The notes beneath the pieces are model-generated. The model did not search any database, had not been told where the DNA came from, and worked only from the letters and a program-made list of their open reading frames with translations. Positions 41,066-52,081 of a DNA stretch of 64,000 nt are shown in pieces (positions within the stretch are counted from its first letter, which is position 1; the number at the start of each line of letters is the position of its first letter). The position numbers were made by a program, and so were the translations under genes. The stretch spans positions 128,001 to 192,000 of the forward strand of contig CBDANC010000012.1 of NCBI GenBank assembly GCA_965197425.1, written 5' to 3'. The DNA comes from Bdellovibrionales bacterium. GTDB lineage: Bacteria > Bdellovibrionota > Bdellovibrionia > Bdellovibrionales > JAUICD01.

Positions 41066-42883
41066 CTACTTCTTGCTATAGTTTTCTAAAATCTGGACCA
41101 CTTCAATATTGCCATAATATCTTGCCATTTGCAAAGCTGTCTCACCCCATCTATTTTGCAAATCAATATTTGTTACTTCGTGTTTTAGGAGAAGCTCAAC
41201 CAAGTTTTTATTATTCAACATAACAGCCCACATTAGGGGTGTATAACTGTTAGAACTTCTAATATTTGTGTCTATACCAGGTGTTATCAAAAGCTGTGAT
41301 ACAATATCTTCGTGATCGTGAATGACTGCAAGCCCCAGGGCAGATTCTTCTGTGTTACTTTTCAAGTTCACCATGATGTTAGGAACTTCTAAAAGAATTT
41401 TAACGATTTCAAAATGCTTACCTCCAGCAGCCAGAATTAAGACGGTAAACCCGTTTTCGTTTCTAATGTTTACATCTGCACCTGAGTTTACAAGTTCTCT
41501 TACAATTTCAGGTGTCTGACTGAAGACAGCCGAAATTAAGGCTGTATTTTCTAACTTATCCTGAATATCAGTATCTACGTTCTCTTGGGCAATTAGAGTT
41601 TTTGCAATCTCCACATGCCCATGAAAAGCCCCCCACATCAAAGCTGTTTGATGATGATCATCCTGCCAATTTATATAATTTCCACTGTTATTGGACTCTA
41701 AAAGCAGTTTTACAATATCGAGGTTACCCATAATAGTTGCCAGTATAAGAGCGGTTTGCCCGTTTTCATGCTCAATGTCTGTACCATCACCATGCGGTTC
41801 TTCAAGCATGAGCTTTGCGATATCTGTCTTGTTATTCACTATAGCCAGATAGAGCGCAGATATACCACGGCTACTTTGATAGTTTACATCCGCGTACACT
41901 TTTAAAAGAAATTCGACAACATCTATTTGATCATTTTTAACTGCTTTCATCAAAGCAGTGTATCCCTCATTATTTTCTTCATTTAAATTTATAACTCGGT
42001 TACTGGTAAATACAATGTTTATAACAATGTTGATGTAGCCATTTTCACTTGCTATTATCATTGCGGTATTTCCATCATTGTCTTTTAAGTTAGCATCAGT
42101 GTCTGACCCTAGTGCTAAAAGATAAACCACTGCATTATTGTTTCCTAGTTCAGACGCAATTATTAAAGGAGTTTTGTCCTCTTCATCTGGCATATTTGTA
42201 TTTGCATTGGATTTTAAAAGGCTTACTAAAACGTTCATATGATTATTCAAAATGGAAAGCATTAAAGGCGTTCGCATCCTTCTATCCTGAATATCAGTAT
42301 CTATATTAGGTTGTTGGAGCAGTACTTTAACTATATTGTTGTTTCCAATCTTGGATGCAATATGTAGAGCAGTTTCCCTTAGATTATTTTTTAAATTTGC
42401 ATTTACTCCATGTCTTAGAAGCAAGTTGGTTGACGTTTCATTCTGGCTGAGAACTGCCCACATTAATGCAGTATTTCCGCTTGCATCCTTTTGATTGAGA
42501 TACTCTACATCTAGATTTGAGTTCAAAAGCATTCTAACAAATGAGCTGTTCCGTTTTCTGCTTGCAAGTATTATTGTTGTATTATTAGATCCATCTTTTA
42601 CATGTTTATCTATCTCGGGGACTGATAAAAGAAGCCTTGCAATATTTGTATATCCACCCTTAATGGCTGCCAGTAGTGCTGTTTCAGAATTAGAGTTTTG
42701 ATAATTAACATCCACTGTTTTTTCTAATATAAGATCCTCAGCTTCTTCCAGGTGGCCCTTTTGAATTGCTTCTATCAAAGCATTGGGGTTTGCAAATACA
42801 TTCGCACAGGCAAACGAAAGTACCAAGAAACTCATCAACTCTAAGGGGAAATATCTGATATTGTCTGGTAGGTTAAGTTGCAC
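41066..42883 (-). CDS. Large ankyrin-repeat protein (about 16 repeats), probably secreted
   Basis: Tandem G.TAL..A...G....V..LL repeats; hydrophobic MSFLVLSFACANVFA from a probable ATG at 42835. Confidence 0.9.
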   Translation of the reverse strand: MQLNLPDNIRYFPLELMSFLVLSFACANVFANPNALIEAIQKGHLEEAEDLILEKTVDVNYQNSNSETALLAAIKGGYTNIARLLLSVPEIDKHVKDGSNNTTIILASRKRNSSFVRMLLNSNLDVEYLNQKDASGNTALMWAVLSQNETSTNLLLRHGVNANLKNNLRETALHIASKIGNNNIVKVLLQQPNIDTDIQDRRMRTPLMLSILNNHMNVLVSLLKSNANTNMPDEEDKTPLIIASELGNNNAVVYLLALGSDTDANLKDNDGNTAMIIASENGYINIVINIVFTSNRVINLNEENNEGYTALMKAVKNDQIDVVEFLLKVYADVNYQSSRGISALYLAIVNNKTDIAKLMLEEPHGDGTDIEHENGQTALILATIMGNLDIVKLLLESNNSGNYINWQDDHHQTALMWGAFHGHVEIAKTLIAQENVDTDIQDKLENTALISAVFSQTPEIVRELVNSGADVNIRNENGFTVLILAAGGKHFEIVKILLEVPNIMVNLKSNTEESALGLAVIHDHEDIVSQLLITPGIDTNIRSSNSYTPLMWAVMLNNKNLVELLLKHEVTNIDLQNRWGETALQMARYYGNIEVVQILENYSKK

Positions 42884-43102
42884 GACCTTGGGTATAACCT
42901 TTTTCTAGATAATATGGTGTGTTTTTTAGATAATTTATAAAATTTTTATCCAAGCCCTCATCTTTTGTCCCAAGCAGCCATGGTGTTTCCGAGCAAAGCT
43001 CAAGAAAACGCGGTTGCTAGCTAGAAGATAAATAAATGTTTACACATTGTTGAGGGTTTTATATAAATAGACTGTGTTTAAGAAATGTATGAGGGAGATT
43101 TT

Positions 43103-43519
43103 ATGAAGAGAAGTTTTAAGCAAAAAGGGATGACATTAGTAGAGATAATGATTGTATTGGTCATTATTGCTGGTTTGGCTAGTGTGTTGATTACGCAAGT
43201 AAACTCGCAGCTTAAAAAGGCCAGGATGAATGAAGCAAAGATCCTTATTAAGGAAATAGGCAAATCTCTTGATATGTATTCAGCTGATTGTGGGAATTAC
43301 CCAGATGCATCTGATGGTCTTTATGAGTTGATAGAGGATTCTGGTGCTTGTTCTAACTGGGGACCTGATCCTTACCTAAAACGTTTGCCAAAAGATCCTT
43401 GGAATAATGACCTTGTGTACGACATTGATGGTGGAGACTATATTTTAGTATCTTTAGGAGCAGATAGAAGAGAGGGTGGAACAGGTTTTGATGAAGATAT
43501 ATCTTCAGACGATCTATAA
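43103..43519 (+). CDS. gspG: Type II secretion major pseudopilin G
   Basis: KG|MTLVEIMIV, YP, PYLKRLPKDPW, S.GAD..EGG.G.DEDI. Confidence 0.93.
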   Translation: MKRSFKQKGMTLVEIMIVLVIIAGLASVLITQVNSQLKKARMNEAKILIKEIGKSLDMYSADCGNYPDASDGLYELIEDSGACSNWGPDPYLKRLPKDPWNNDLVYDIDGGDYILVSLGADRREGGTGFDEDISSDDL

Positions 43520-43528
43520 TCTTTATGT

Positions 43529-44128
43529 ATGAATCTATCTAGGGGCTTTACTCTTGTTGAGATAATGGTTGTACTTGCCATCTTGGGTGCAATGGCAAGT
43601 ATGATCCTTCCTAGGATGAGTTCTAGAAACAATAAAATAAAATCAACCGTTAGAAATTTATCTGTCGTAGGAAAACAGTTGCAGAACAATGCGAGACTGT
43701 ATAACAAAACATATAGAATAGTATTTAACCTTCCAGAGGATGAAGAACACTCCTTTTTTGTAGAAAGTGCAGAAGGTGTGCAATTAGTTGCAAATACGGA
43801 GGAAGAAAAAGAAAGGCAAGAGGAAACAGATGAAGACGAGGATGAAGAAGAACATGTGATTAAGGTTTTTAACCCTGATTTAAAAGTCATGAAAAAGCCA
43901 ATTGTTCTTCCAGACCCACTTTACTTTGAAAAAATAGAGCTTTCTAGTGGCGAGGTATCAGAAGGAGAGGCTTATGTACACTTTTTTCCTCAAGGACTTG
44001 TAGAAGAGGTTGCAATACATATATCTGATGGTGACAATTTAAACTGGACGGTTACTTATAACACTCTTGTAGGAACAGGGCACATTATAAGTAGCCATGT
44101 AAGCTTAAAGGATATTAGAGGCAGATGA
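43529..44128 (+). CDS. gspH: Type II secretion minor pseudopilin H-like
   Basis: RG|FTLVEIMVV; F.PQG motif; follows gspG. Confidence 0.75.
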   Translation: MNLSRGFTLVEIMVVLAILGAMASMILPRMSSRNNKIKSTVRNLSVVGKQLQNNARLYNKTYRIVFNLPEDEEHSFFVESAEGVQLVANTEEEKERQEETDEDEDEEEHVIKVFNPDLKVMKKPIVLPDPLYFEKIELSSGEVSEGEAYVHFFPQGLVEEVAIHISDGDNLNWTVTYNTLVGTGHIISSHVSLKDIRGR

Positions 44129-44607
44129 ATAATCGAGCATTTTCATTGATGGAGGTTTTGGTAGCTATGATGTTGTTAACTGGTGCCATTGTAGCTTTGT
44201 CAAGTGCATGGTCAGGTAGTATGATGGCATATAGGAGGGGTAGACAGGTTGATATAGTAATCAATCTTTTGCAGCAAAAGATGACTGAGAAAGAACTTGA
44301 GTTTAAAGAAAATTTTCCATCTGATGAATTAGAAGAGGTTGGAGATTTTGGATCAGATTTTCCTAATATGTCTTGGAAATTGGTTGTTAAAAATAAAGAG
44401 TTTCCAGATTTAAGCTCTGTACTAATAACCCAAAATGAAGGTGCAGATCAATTAACCTTAAGCGTACTGGGACAGATGACAGACTATATGTCTCAAACTG
44501 TAAAAGAAATGAAGGTATCAATTTTGTGGAATACCAGAGGCAAGATACAAGATTATAGTGCAACCACATATTTAGTGAAGTTTGACTTACCATTTACTCC
44601 AGGATAA
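44125..44607 (+). CDS. gspI: Type II secretion minor pseudopilin I-like
   Basis: RA|FSLMEVLVA; operon position. Confidence 0.72.
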   Translation: MNNRAFSLMEVLVAMMLLTGAIVALSSAWSGSMMAYRRGRQVDIVINLLQQKMTEKELEFKENFPSDELEEVGDFGSDFPNMSWKLVVKNKEFPDLSSVLITQNEGADQLTLSVLGQMTDYMSQTVKEMKVSILWNTRGKIQDYSATTYLVKFDLPFTPG

Positions 44608-45287
44608 TGAAACAAACTGGTTTTACATTAGTAGAAGTTGTAATAGCAATAAGCATTCTAGCAATTTTATCATTGCTAACACAGCAATCTATTCAACAAG
44701 CTGTTAGACAAAAAACTAAGATACAGGGTAATTTGGAAAGATCTTCAGAGTTAAGATCAGCTTTCAGGGTTATGGAAAGAGATTTACAGATGGCATTTCA
44801 TTACAACAGAGGCAATGACTTTAGATCTCCACCTACAACACAAGTTGATAAAACAGATGCTACTGTATTTAAAGGTACGGAGGAAAGAGTAGATTTTACT
44901 TCATTAAACAATGCTAGAATATATACTGGTTCTCTTGAAAGTGATCAAAATGAAATAGGCTATTATACCTCAGAATGTAGAAGATTAGTTAGACCAACTG
45001 AAACCTCAACCTGCCTGTGGAGGAGAGTTTCTAAGATAATTGATGATGATGTGACAAAAGGTGGTGCTGAAACCGTTTTATTAGAAAATGTATCCAACCT
45101 ACAATTTAAATTCTATAACAATAGAACCCAAGAATGGCTTGAAGAGTGGAATTCGGATCAAACACAAGATAACAGAACTTCAAATAAATTTCCTGATGCT
45201 GTCGAAGTTATGATAGAAACAGATGCTGATGAAAAACAGTTAAGTTTTAGTTCCGTCGTGCCTATAAGACATCCCAACAATAACTAA
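44607..45287 (+). CDS. gspJ: Type II secretion minor pseudopilin J-like
   Basis: TG|FTLVEVVIA, MERDLQMA, W.EEWNS, P.AVEV. Confidence 0.8.
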   Translation: MKQTGFTLVEVVIAISILAILSLLTQQSIQQAVRQKTKIQGNLERSSELRSAFRVMERDLQMAFHYNRGNDFRSPPTTQVDKTDATVFKGTEERVDFTSLNNARIYTGSLESDQNEIGYYTSECRRLVRPTETSTCLWRRVSKIIDDDVTKGGAETVLLENVSNLQFKFYNNRTQEWLEEWNSDQTQDNRTSNKFPDAVEVMIETDADEKQLSFSSVVPIRHPNNN

Positions 45288-45343
45288 TAGCAAACACTAT
45301 TACCGACACAACCACCTAACCAGGAAAAGATATTCGTAAGTTT

Positions 45344-46804
45344 TTATATCTGTGGTATGTAATTGACTTCTAGTTCAGTACGAGATGACACTCTTACATG
45401 TAACTGAATAGTTTTGTTGTTAAGCGTATATTCGTTAGATGAAAGTTTTCTCTTTTGACCATTGTCTATAATGTTTACACTCAAAGTACCACTGACTGGA
45501 ACACTTGCAAGTACAAATTGATCTATTACTCTTACTATATTTCTTCCTATATTTCTAAGTGTTGGTCCGTAGTCAGCATCACATATACTACCCGTTAATC
45601 CATTGGTAGCACTCACTAGGTCGGTAACCTCTAGTGCATATGATACGGTAAATTGTCGTCCATCATTAATGGAATTTTTTTGTTCATCTAAACAATTTCT
45701 ATCTCCCTCTTCTATTACAATCCCATATACTGATACTTGTTTTCCTGCTCCCCAAACATTTCTTACAGCTGATATTACATCATTTGGATTGTATATAGGG
45801 CTTGAAGCTTTTTTCGGAATTGATTCGTCTTCATCTGTTAGTACAACAACTGCCAAGTCAGCTTCATCTCTAAAAAATCCTGCATTATGGGAGTCTTTTA
45901 GACTTATTGCGTTTACAATTGCACCTATTGGTTGTTCTTCTCCAGAAGGTAGTCCTTTACAATTTCTACTTCTTTTCCCTTGCCTTGTTTCAAAACAATC
46001 AATGGACTCTTGTCTTTGTATTGTATGCCTAAATAATTCTTCTTTGTTAGGTGTGTGTGTAGTTATGAATTTTATATCAGTTTCGCCGTTAGCATCAGAC
46101 ATGTTTAAAAGTCTACCTCTGCTAGAATAAGGCCCATCATCACTTAGATCTGTGGTTGTAATACCAAGCTGCCAATCTACATTTCGAAGTTCACCTATAA
46201 AGCTGTATAGCTTTTCGCTCATTTTTACTTGATCTTCACGCATTGAAACTGAGTTATCATTTACAAATAACACATCAACTTTACGCCTTTCAGGTATTGG
46301 CTGTTGGAATTGTTCTGAAACAAACAAACTTCTGTTTATATCTTTCTTCCAACAGGTAACCCCACTACTTTTTCTTACAGATTCACATATTTGAATTCTA
46401 GATTTACTAGAATCACATGAATTTTTTGAATCAAATAGATTAAAATCAGAGCATGTTTTATTGACCAAGTGATAACAGGTTCTGCCTGCAAACCTTGTTC
46501 TTGCACATTTTTTTACATCACTATTTTTACACTGGTTAGCTACAGAAAACAAGCCCCCTTCTTCACAGGTCTTATCTACTTGTGTGTAACAAGTAACTCT
46601 TCCATATTTTTGACCTACACACTTTTGTGAGTTAGTTGGTCTACATTCATCCAGGTTATACCTACCTTTACTAACTTGTTCACAAACGGCCACTGCCTCT
46701 GCTACACTAATTGTATAGTCTTCTGCTAGGGCAGAAAATGTAACTTTCCTTTCACAGCCAAAAGTAAAAATCAATAGTCCAGTTAAAAAGATTCGATTGA
46801 GCAT
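45344..46804 (-). CDS. Lipoprotein with Cys-rich repeats and a vWA (MIDAS) domain
   Basis: Lipobox TFGC; KVDVLFVNDNSVSM (DxSxS), GITTTD, LAVVVLTDEDE, GSICD. Confidence 0.75.
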   Translation of the reverse strand: MLNRIFLTGLLIFTFGCERKVTFSALAEDYTISVAEAVAVCEQVSKGRYNLDECRPTNSQKCVGQKYGRVTCYTQVDKTCEEGGLFSVANQCKNSDVKKCARTRFAGRTCYHLVNKTCSDFNLFDSKNSCDSSKSRIQICESVRKSSGVTCWKKDINRSLFVSEQFQQPIPERRKVDVLFVNDNSVSMREDQVKMSEKLYSFIGELRNVDWQLGITTTDLSDDGPYSSRGRLLNMSDANGETDIKFITTHTPNKEELFRHTIQRQESIDCFETRQGKRSRNCKGLPSGEEQPIGAIVNAISLKDSHNAGFFRDEADLAVVVLTDEDESIPKKASSPIYNPNDVISAVRNVWGAGKQVSVYGIVIEEGDRNCLDEQKNSINDGRQFTVSYALEVTDLVSATNGLTGSICDADYGPTLRNIGRNIVRVIDQFVLASVPVSGTLSVNIIDNGQKRKLSSNEYTLNNKTIQLHVRVSSRTELEVNYIPQI

Positions 46805-46970
46805 AGAGAAATGCTAAGTTCAAAGAAGTATTTCTGTCTATTAAGAATATTGAAAGCATTTTAAAATTACGACTATAGTACCCAAAGTACTATACTTTGT
46901 TTTAGTTAGAAATAAAAAGTGTCACTTTAATGACTGATACATAAGTCTAACTTGCTAGACTAAAAGTCTT

Positions 46971-47867
46971 TTAGTTGTTTAGGCAGTAAGTCTGATGGAT
47001 TTCAAAATCACGACCGTTATCTTTAACCTTAGCACATTCTATTGTCGGATCGTGTTGAAAGTAAAGGTACCAATTTTTTTTAGAAGCTTCTTTTAATAAA
47101 AGTTGTTTTTCTTTTACCACTAGCAAGGGGTTTACGTCGTACCCCATTCCCCACGCCAGTTTTACATGAGAAGTTGTGGGTATTGCATCTGAACAATAAA
47201 TTAAGGTTGTATTGTCGTCGTGTATTTTTACTGCCTGCATGCCTACAGTATGTCCATCGAAGACAGCTACTGATATGTTATCCATTAAGTCACAATCACC
47301 GTCTATTGTGTCCAATATTCCAAATTCCAAAAGAGGTTCAAAGTTTGCTTTATAATAACTTGCTTTTTCCCTTGGGTTGGGGTTTAAAGCATTTTCTAAA
47401 TTACTTTTTTGTATAAAGTGTTTAGCGTTTTTAAAAGTTGGAACTAACTTGCTCTTTTTACCCTTTGTGGTGGCCCCGCCTGCATGATCAAAGTGTAAAT
47501 GGGTTAAAATAACATGTGTTACATCATCTGGCTTTATACCATGTTTAGCTAAGTTATCTATAAGAAGAGTTTCTGGTATATTATAGAGGCTTGCAAATTT
47601 AGAGCCTAGCCTTTCTCCATGTTTTAGTATGAAGTCTCCACCATTTCCTGTATCTATTATTATTTTGTGTTGCATTGATTCTAGTAACAAAACTCTACTT
47701 TCCAATGCAATTCTGTTTTGTTCATCTGGTTTATGTTTAATGGCCCACAAATTTTTTGGAACTACTCCAAACATAGCTCCACCATCCAAACCAAATATTC
47801 CTGTAGGAATAGATTTTAGGGTATAGTCCCCTATTTTTAAGTTTATTTTTTCCACTCTCACCAACAC
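46971..47867 (-). CDS. Metallo-beta-lactamase-fold hydrolase (YtnP-like)
   Basis: LDGGAMFGVVPK.LW, IDTG, THLHFDHAGG, GHT, HDP. Confidence 0.9.
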   Translation of the reverse strand: MLVRVEKINLKIGDYTLKSIPTGIFGLDGGAMFGVVPKNLWAIKHKPDEQNRIALESRVLLLESMQHKIIIDTGNGGDFILKHGERLGSKFASLYNIPETLLIDNLAKHGIKPDDVTHVILTHLHFDHAGGATTKGKKSKLVPTFKNAKHFIQKSNLENALNPNPREKASYYKANFEPLLEFGILDTIDGDCDLMDNISVAVFDGHTVGMQAVKIHDDNTTLIYCSDAIPTTSHVKLAWGMGYDVNPLLVVKEKQLLLKEASKKNWYLYFQHDPTIECAKVKDNGRDFEIHQTYCLNN

Positions 47868-47914
47868 ACCATTTAGTATTTAAAGATTTAATATTTGATC
47901 AGCAAAAAGTTTTA

Positions 47915-48256
47915 TCACCCAGGAGGCCATGTCATTTGCCTTCCGCCCAGTATATGGATGTGCAGGTGATCAACCTCTTGCCCTCCATATTTTTTGCAAT
48001 TTATAACTAGCCTGTAGCCTGTAGCATCTATTTTAAGCTTTTTTGCAATTTTTGGTATTTGTACCATGATATGGCCAATTAAATCCTTATCACCATCTGC
48101 TAGCCTCTGCATATTGGGTATTGGCTTTTTTGGTATCAACAAAATATGTACCGGAGCTTTAGGTGAAATATCCTTAAATGAAAGACACAGCTCATCCTCA
48201 TGAACTATATCAGCCAGAATCTCTTTATTGATTATCTTTGTAAAAATAGTACCCAA
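47915..48256 (-). CDS. Histidine triad nucleotide-binding protein (HinT)
   Basis: TIFTKII..EI, F.DI.P.APVH.L.IPK, GQEV.HLHIH.LGGR...WPPG; probable TTG start at 48256. Confidence 0.92.
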   Translation of the reverse strand: MGTIFTKIINKEILADIVHEDELCLSFKDISPKAPVHILLIPKKPIPNMQRLADGDKDLIGHIMVQIPKIAKKLKIDATGYRLVINCKKYGGQEVDHLHIHILGGRQMTWPPG

Positions 48257-48500
48257 AAACAACCTACTTTTTGTATAAAGTTTGCACAGTTTTTCTAGAA
48301 CCAAACCATTGACTTGTCCATTGTTGTAAATGATGCATAGCACACTTTTATATCTGGTAAAAGATACAATTTTGTGTCATACATGACCTTAGAGTTCGAG
48401 GAGGGGGTTACCGTCAAAAGTCTATCCTGTTTTTGGGCTTAATCAAGAACTAACGATTTAATTATGCACCGTTGGTGCAAAGGGATGGGGAGGGCGATGT

Positions 48501-49643
48501 ATGACAGTATCACTGTTTGTTAGGTTCTTTTTATGTCGATCTTTGGTATTTAGTCCAGTGCTGCTTATGCTTCTTGTTTTTAGTAGTGCAAGTGCAAATG
48601 ATGATGAACTCTATTACTACGAGTTAGCTAGGTATCATGCTCCTGTGATTTATCAACAAACTGATGCAGAACACCCTAATTCCAATTACATTACCAGCTT
48701 CGATTTTGATGGTGATTTTGTAGGTGATAACAACTGGGATAATACTAATGTTTTTGAGCAGCCGGCATATGTCTACTATTCTGTTTTTGATACCACAAAG
48801 TTTTATTACATATTTTATGGAGTTTTTCATCCTAGAAGATATAACTCTCGTTGTTTAAGTTTCATTTCACCTTGCCATGAGAATGATTTTTCTGGGGCTA
48901 TGGTTGTTGTAAGGAAGACTAATGAGCCTTATGGAACTATTGACCTTGTGGAAACATTTGTGAATAATAATTTTTATACGCACCAGCCCAGCATGACAAC
49001 TCATTATAGTAGAAGTGTTCATGCTAATTCTAGACCCAGATTAGCATTGTGGAGTCAGGCTAGAGGTCACAATTTATATGTGTTAAATGAGAGCAGATAT
49101 CAGGTAAACCATCTATGTGGAGGTGGCAATCTAAGTGTCAGCCAAGAAGACAACCAAGCAATGGAAAATATTGAGCATTCTGAAGCTGGTCATATAAAGT
49201 ATGTTCCTTCGGACATGGATGTTGTTGAAGTTCCTGGTGAGGGTATGACTGAAGGGACAGTTAGATATCAACTGCTAAACATGAAATCAGAGTTTTTTGA
49301 CAAAATAGAGCATGCTATGGAGTATCACTCTTTTTACAGAAAAACTCGAAAATATCAGGGGACCAGATTTGGGATTGAATATCCTCTTGTACCTGACAAC
49401 TTTCATGGAAGCAAATACCAAAACAACCAGGCTTCTTTCCCTTGGGCTTGGTTTGACGGATCTTGTACTAGGGTAAAAAGGGGGGACTGGTTTTTTGACC
49501 CTGCGTACGCTGTTAACACTCACTTAAGAAGACCAATAAATGATGTGGATGATTACATTTACAATCCATACTTGGGAATATATCCTGCTGATTACCCCAC
49601 TACTACACAAGTGGCTTCCCAATCTCCTGGAAACAACCGATAA
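48501..49643 (+). CDS. Secreted hypothetical protein (aromatic-rich; NPP1/Vps62-like signature)
   Basis: Signal peptide; LARYHAPVIYQ, DFDGD...NNW, AYVYYS, YYIFY..FHPR, HENDFSG. Confidence 0.6.
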   Translation: MTVSLFVRFFLCRSLVFSPVLLMLLVFSSASANDDELYYYELARYHAPVIYQQTDAEHPNSNYITSFDFDGDFVGDNNWDNTNVFEQPAYVYYSVFDTTKFYYIFYGVFHPRRYNSRCLSFISPCHENDFSGAMVVVRKTNEPYGTIDLVETFVNNNFYTHQPSMTTHYSRSVHANSRPRLALWSQARGHNLYVLNESRYQVNHLCGGGNLSVSQEDNQAMENIEHSEAGHIKYVPSDMDVVEVPGEGMTEGTVRYQLLNMKSEFFDKIEHAMEYHSFYRKTRKYQGTRFGIEYPLVPDNFHGSKYQNNQASFPWAWFDGSCTRVKRGDWFFDPAYAVNTHLRRPINDVDDYIYNPYLGIYPADYPTTTQVASQSPGNNR

Positions 49644-49659
49644 AACAAGAGATCTTATA

Positions 49660-51105
49660 CTAAATATTTCCTCTGAAACTTAAGTTTCTAGAAATACGAG
49701 AGTTATTTACTGCATCTTCTCTGAACTTGTTTAAGATTTCTGTTTTGTATTCTTCATTGGCGTTTTCTATAAACTCATAGGCTACCTGACTTTTATCAGC
49801 TAAGGTTTTTTTCTTTAGAAAAATAACATATAAGTCGTGGCCATCTTGTATTAGTTTGTCATAGAGAGGTTTTTCTTTTGAGAGCTTATAACCAGCTTCT
49901 AGGATCATTGGCTTTGTACCAATGTTAGGTATTTCCTCATCATTCAACGAATACTCTCCCGTTTCCTGCCAACTAAAACCGTACTCTTTTATTAGTTTAT
50001 CTATTCCAGATTTCTGCCCCTCTTTCAGATATGAATTAAGCTTATCTGTAAAGAGAGCCTTCTTTTTCTTGGTTATTAAGTTTTTTGCGATGCTAAAAGA
50101 AGCTTCACTTAGGGATTGTAAAGAAGATGTTTTTTTGTCCAGAAGTTTTATAATGTGGTAACCAAACTGTGTCTTAATAGGGCCTTTTATCTCCCCTACA
50201 TTCATGCTAAATGTCGCATCCTCAAATTCTTTTACCATGGTACCTTTAGAAAAATAACCTAAGTCTCCACCATTCTCCCCTGATCCTGGGTCATCAGAAA
50301 TAGATTTTGCAATTTGAGCAAAGTCTTCTTTTTTGGTTTTATCTAATACAGTATTTGCAAGCTCCAGAGCTTTTTTATCTGTCATTCCTTCTTTTTGTGT
50401 GGAGATCAAAATATGACTTGCTTTAATTTGTTCATCTTCTGAAAATTTGTTTTGGTTGTTTTGATAGTACTTAAGTATATCTTCTTTATTTTCAGCCATG
50501 AATTTTTCTATCTCACTAGTCTGGATATCCATATTTAGGTCTTTATCTATTTTTACAAATTCCAAGTTAAATTTCGTATTTTCCAGTACCCACAAATTCT
50601 CAACCTCTTTTCTTGTAAGACTAATGCCTTTGGAAATTAGATCATTGGCCATCCGTACCAGGACAGATTTTTTAATTTGTTCTTCAAATTTGGCAGGAGT
50701 CAGTCCTTGATTTGAAAGATAAGTTTCATAGTATGGCCTGCTAAAAATTCCTTCTGGCTTAAAAGCTTCAATTGCTAAAATTTCATCTCTAATTATTTCT
50801 GGAGCAACAACTAAGCCGATTTCACTAGCCTTCTGAGATAGAGCCTCTTCACCTATCAACTGTTCCAACGCAGTCTGCCTAATCTGTTCAATCTGAGTTT
50901 CGGACATATCAAAACTATCTCCAAACATCTCAGAGTAAAAATTGATCATTCTGTTAGATAAATTTTGGTGCTCATACAAGGTTATAATAGAGTTATTTAC
51001 AACTGCAGCGTAACCAGAGGTAGTAGGTCCAAAAGTATTGTAGCCCATAAAGATAAACACAAACGAAATACCACCAAAAATTACAACCACACCAATTTTT
51101 TTCAT
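49660..51105 (-). CDS. ppiD: PpiD/SurA-family periplasmic chaperone with parvulin PPIase domain
   Basis: N-terminal TM, Sur[33 protein letters not shown]. Confidence 0.88.
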   Translation of the reverse strand: MKKIGVVVIFGGISFVFIFMGYNTFGPTTSGYAAVVNNSIITLYEHQNLSNRMINFYSEMFGDSFDMSETQIEQIRQTALEQLIGEEALSQKASEIGLVVAPEIIRDEILAIEAFKPEGIFSRPYYETYLSNQGLTPAKFEEQIKKSVLVRMANDLISKGISLTRKEVENLWVLENTKFNLEFVKIDKDLNMDIQTSEIEKFMAENKEDILKYYQNNQNKFSEDEQIKASHILISTQKEGMTDKKALELANTVLDKTKKEDFAQIAKSISDDPGSGENGGDLGYFSKGTMVKEFEDATFSMNVGEIKGPIKTQFGYHIIKLLDKKTSSLQSLSEASFSIAKNLITKKKKALFTDKLNSYLKEGQKSGIDKLIKEYGFSWQETGEYSLNDEEIPNIGTKPMILEAGYKLSKEKPLYDKLIQDGHDLYVIFLKKKTLADKSQVAYEFIENANEEYKTEILNKFREDAVNNSRISRNLSFRGNI

Positions 51106-51253
51106 TTATCAATACCTCAAAGATTTATTAAATAAAAAACCAACAGCCTATAATAACACCCACGCCTTATGTCATAAACTATCTTATTAAAAAAATAATA
51201 CATAAACTTGGAAATTTTATGGGAGTTTGTTAATTTTAATCCAGGAGTTCACC

Positions 51254-52063
51254 TTGGGTAACCTACAACTAGACATTAGAAAAATACTCATCGTACTATT
51301 TGTATTCATACTGCCTATCCTATCTATTAACATGCAGCGTAAACGGAGTATAACATCTGATATAGTTAACAGTATAAATTATTCTTTAGGTCTGGTTCAA
51401 AAAGGTTACATAGGTTTTAGCAACAACATATCGGACACTGTAAATACATACACCAATCTGATTGATATAAAAAAACACAACTTGGAGTTAAAAAGAAGCC
51501 TTGTCTCGAAAGAGGCTTTGATTGCCACTTTAAGCGAGCTTACAGTGGAGAACAATCGCTTAAGGGAGCTTTTGGATTTTAGACAAAAGTCTTCAATGAG
51601 CCTGATTACCGCCAGTGTAATTGCCTACGATTTACTGATAGAGAATAACTCTACTGTTAGAATAGACAGGGGACTAGAGCATGGCATAGAAGTTGATCAA
51701 GCTGTAATAACCTCGGAGGGTATAGCAGGATATATATTAAAAGTTTATGAGACATTTTCTGATGTTTTACTCATCACAGATAGCCGTAGTTCGATTGATG
51801 CCGTTGTACAAAGAACCAGAGCAAGGGGAATTATCCAGGGAAATAAAACCTTTTGTATTTTAAAATATTTAAATAGATCGGATGATGTACAAGTTGGTGA
51901 TTTAGTTGTAGCCAGTGGTTTAGATAATGTTTTTCCAGAAGGCTATCCTATAGGTACTGTGTCATTAGTAAATAAAAAAAGCTATGGAATAACTCAAGAA
52001 GTAGAATTAAAGCCTCACATTAACCCACTTAAACTGGAAGAGGTTTTTGTGGTTATGAACTAG
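51254..52063 (+). CDS. mreC: Rod shape-determining protein MreC
   Basis: ENNRLRELL, IDRG..HGI, VLLITD, GDLVV.SG...FPEG.PIG; TTG start after AGGAG. Confidence 0.93.
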   Translation: MGNLQLDIRKILIVLFVFILPILSINMQRKRSITSDIVNSINYSLGLVQKGYIGFSNNISDTVNTYTNLIDIKKHNLELKRSLVSKEALIATLSELTVENNRLRELLDFRQKSSMSLITASVIAYDLLIENNSTVRIDRGLEHGIEVDQAVITSEGIAGYILKVYETFSDVLLITDSRSSIDAVVQRTRARGIIQGNKTFCILKYLNRSDDVQVGDLVVASGLDNVFPEGYPIGTVSLVNKKSYGITQEVELKPHINPLKLEEVFVVMN

Positions 52064-52081
52064 GATGATGATAAATTAGAT

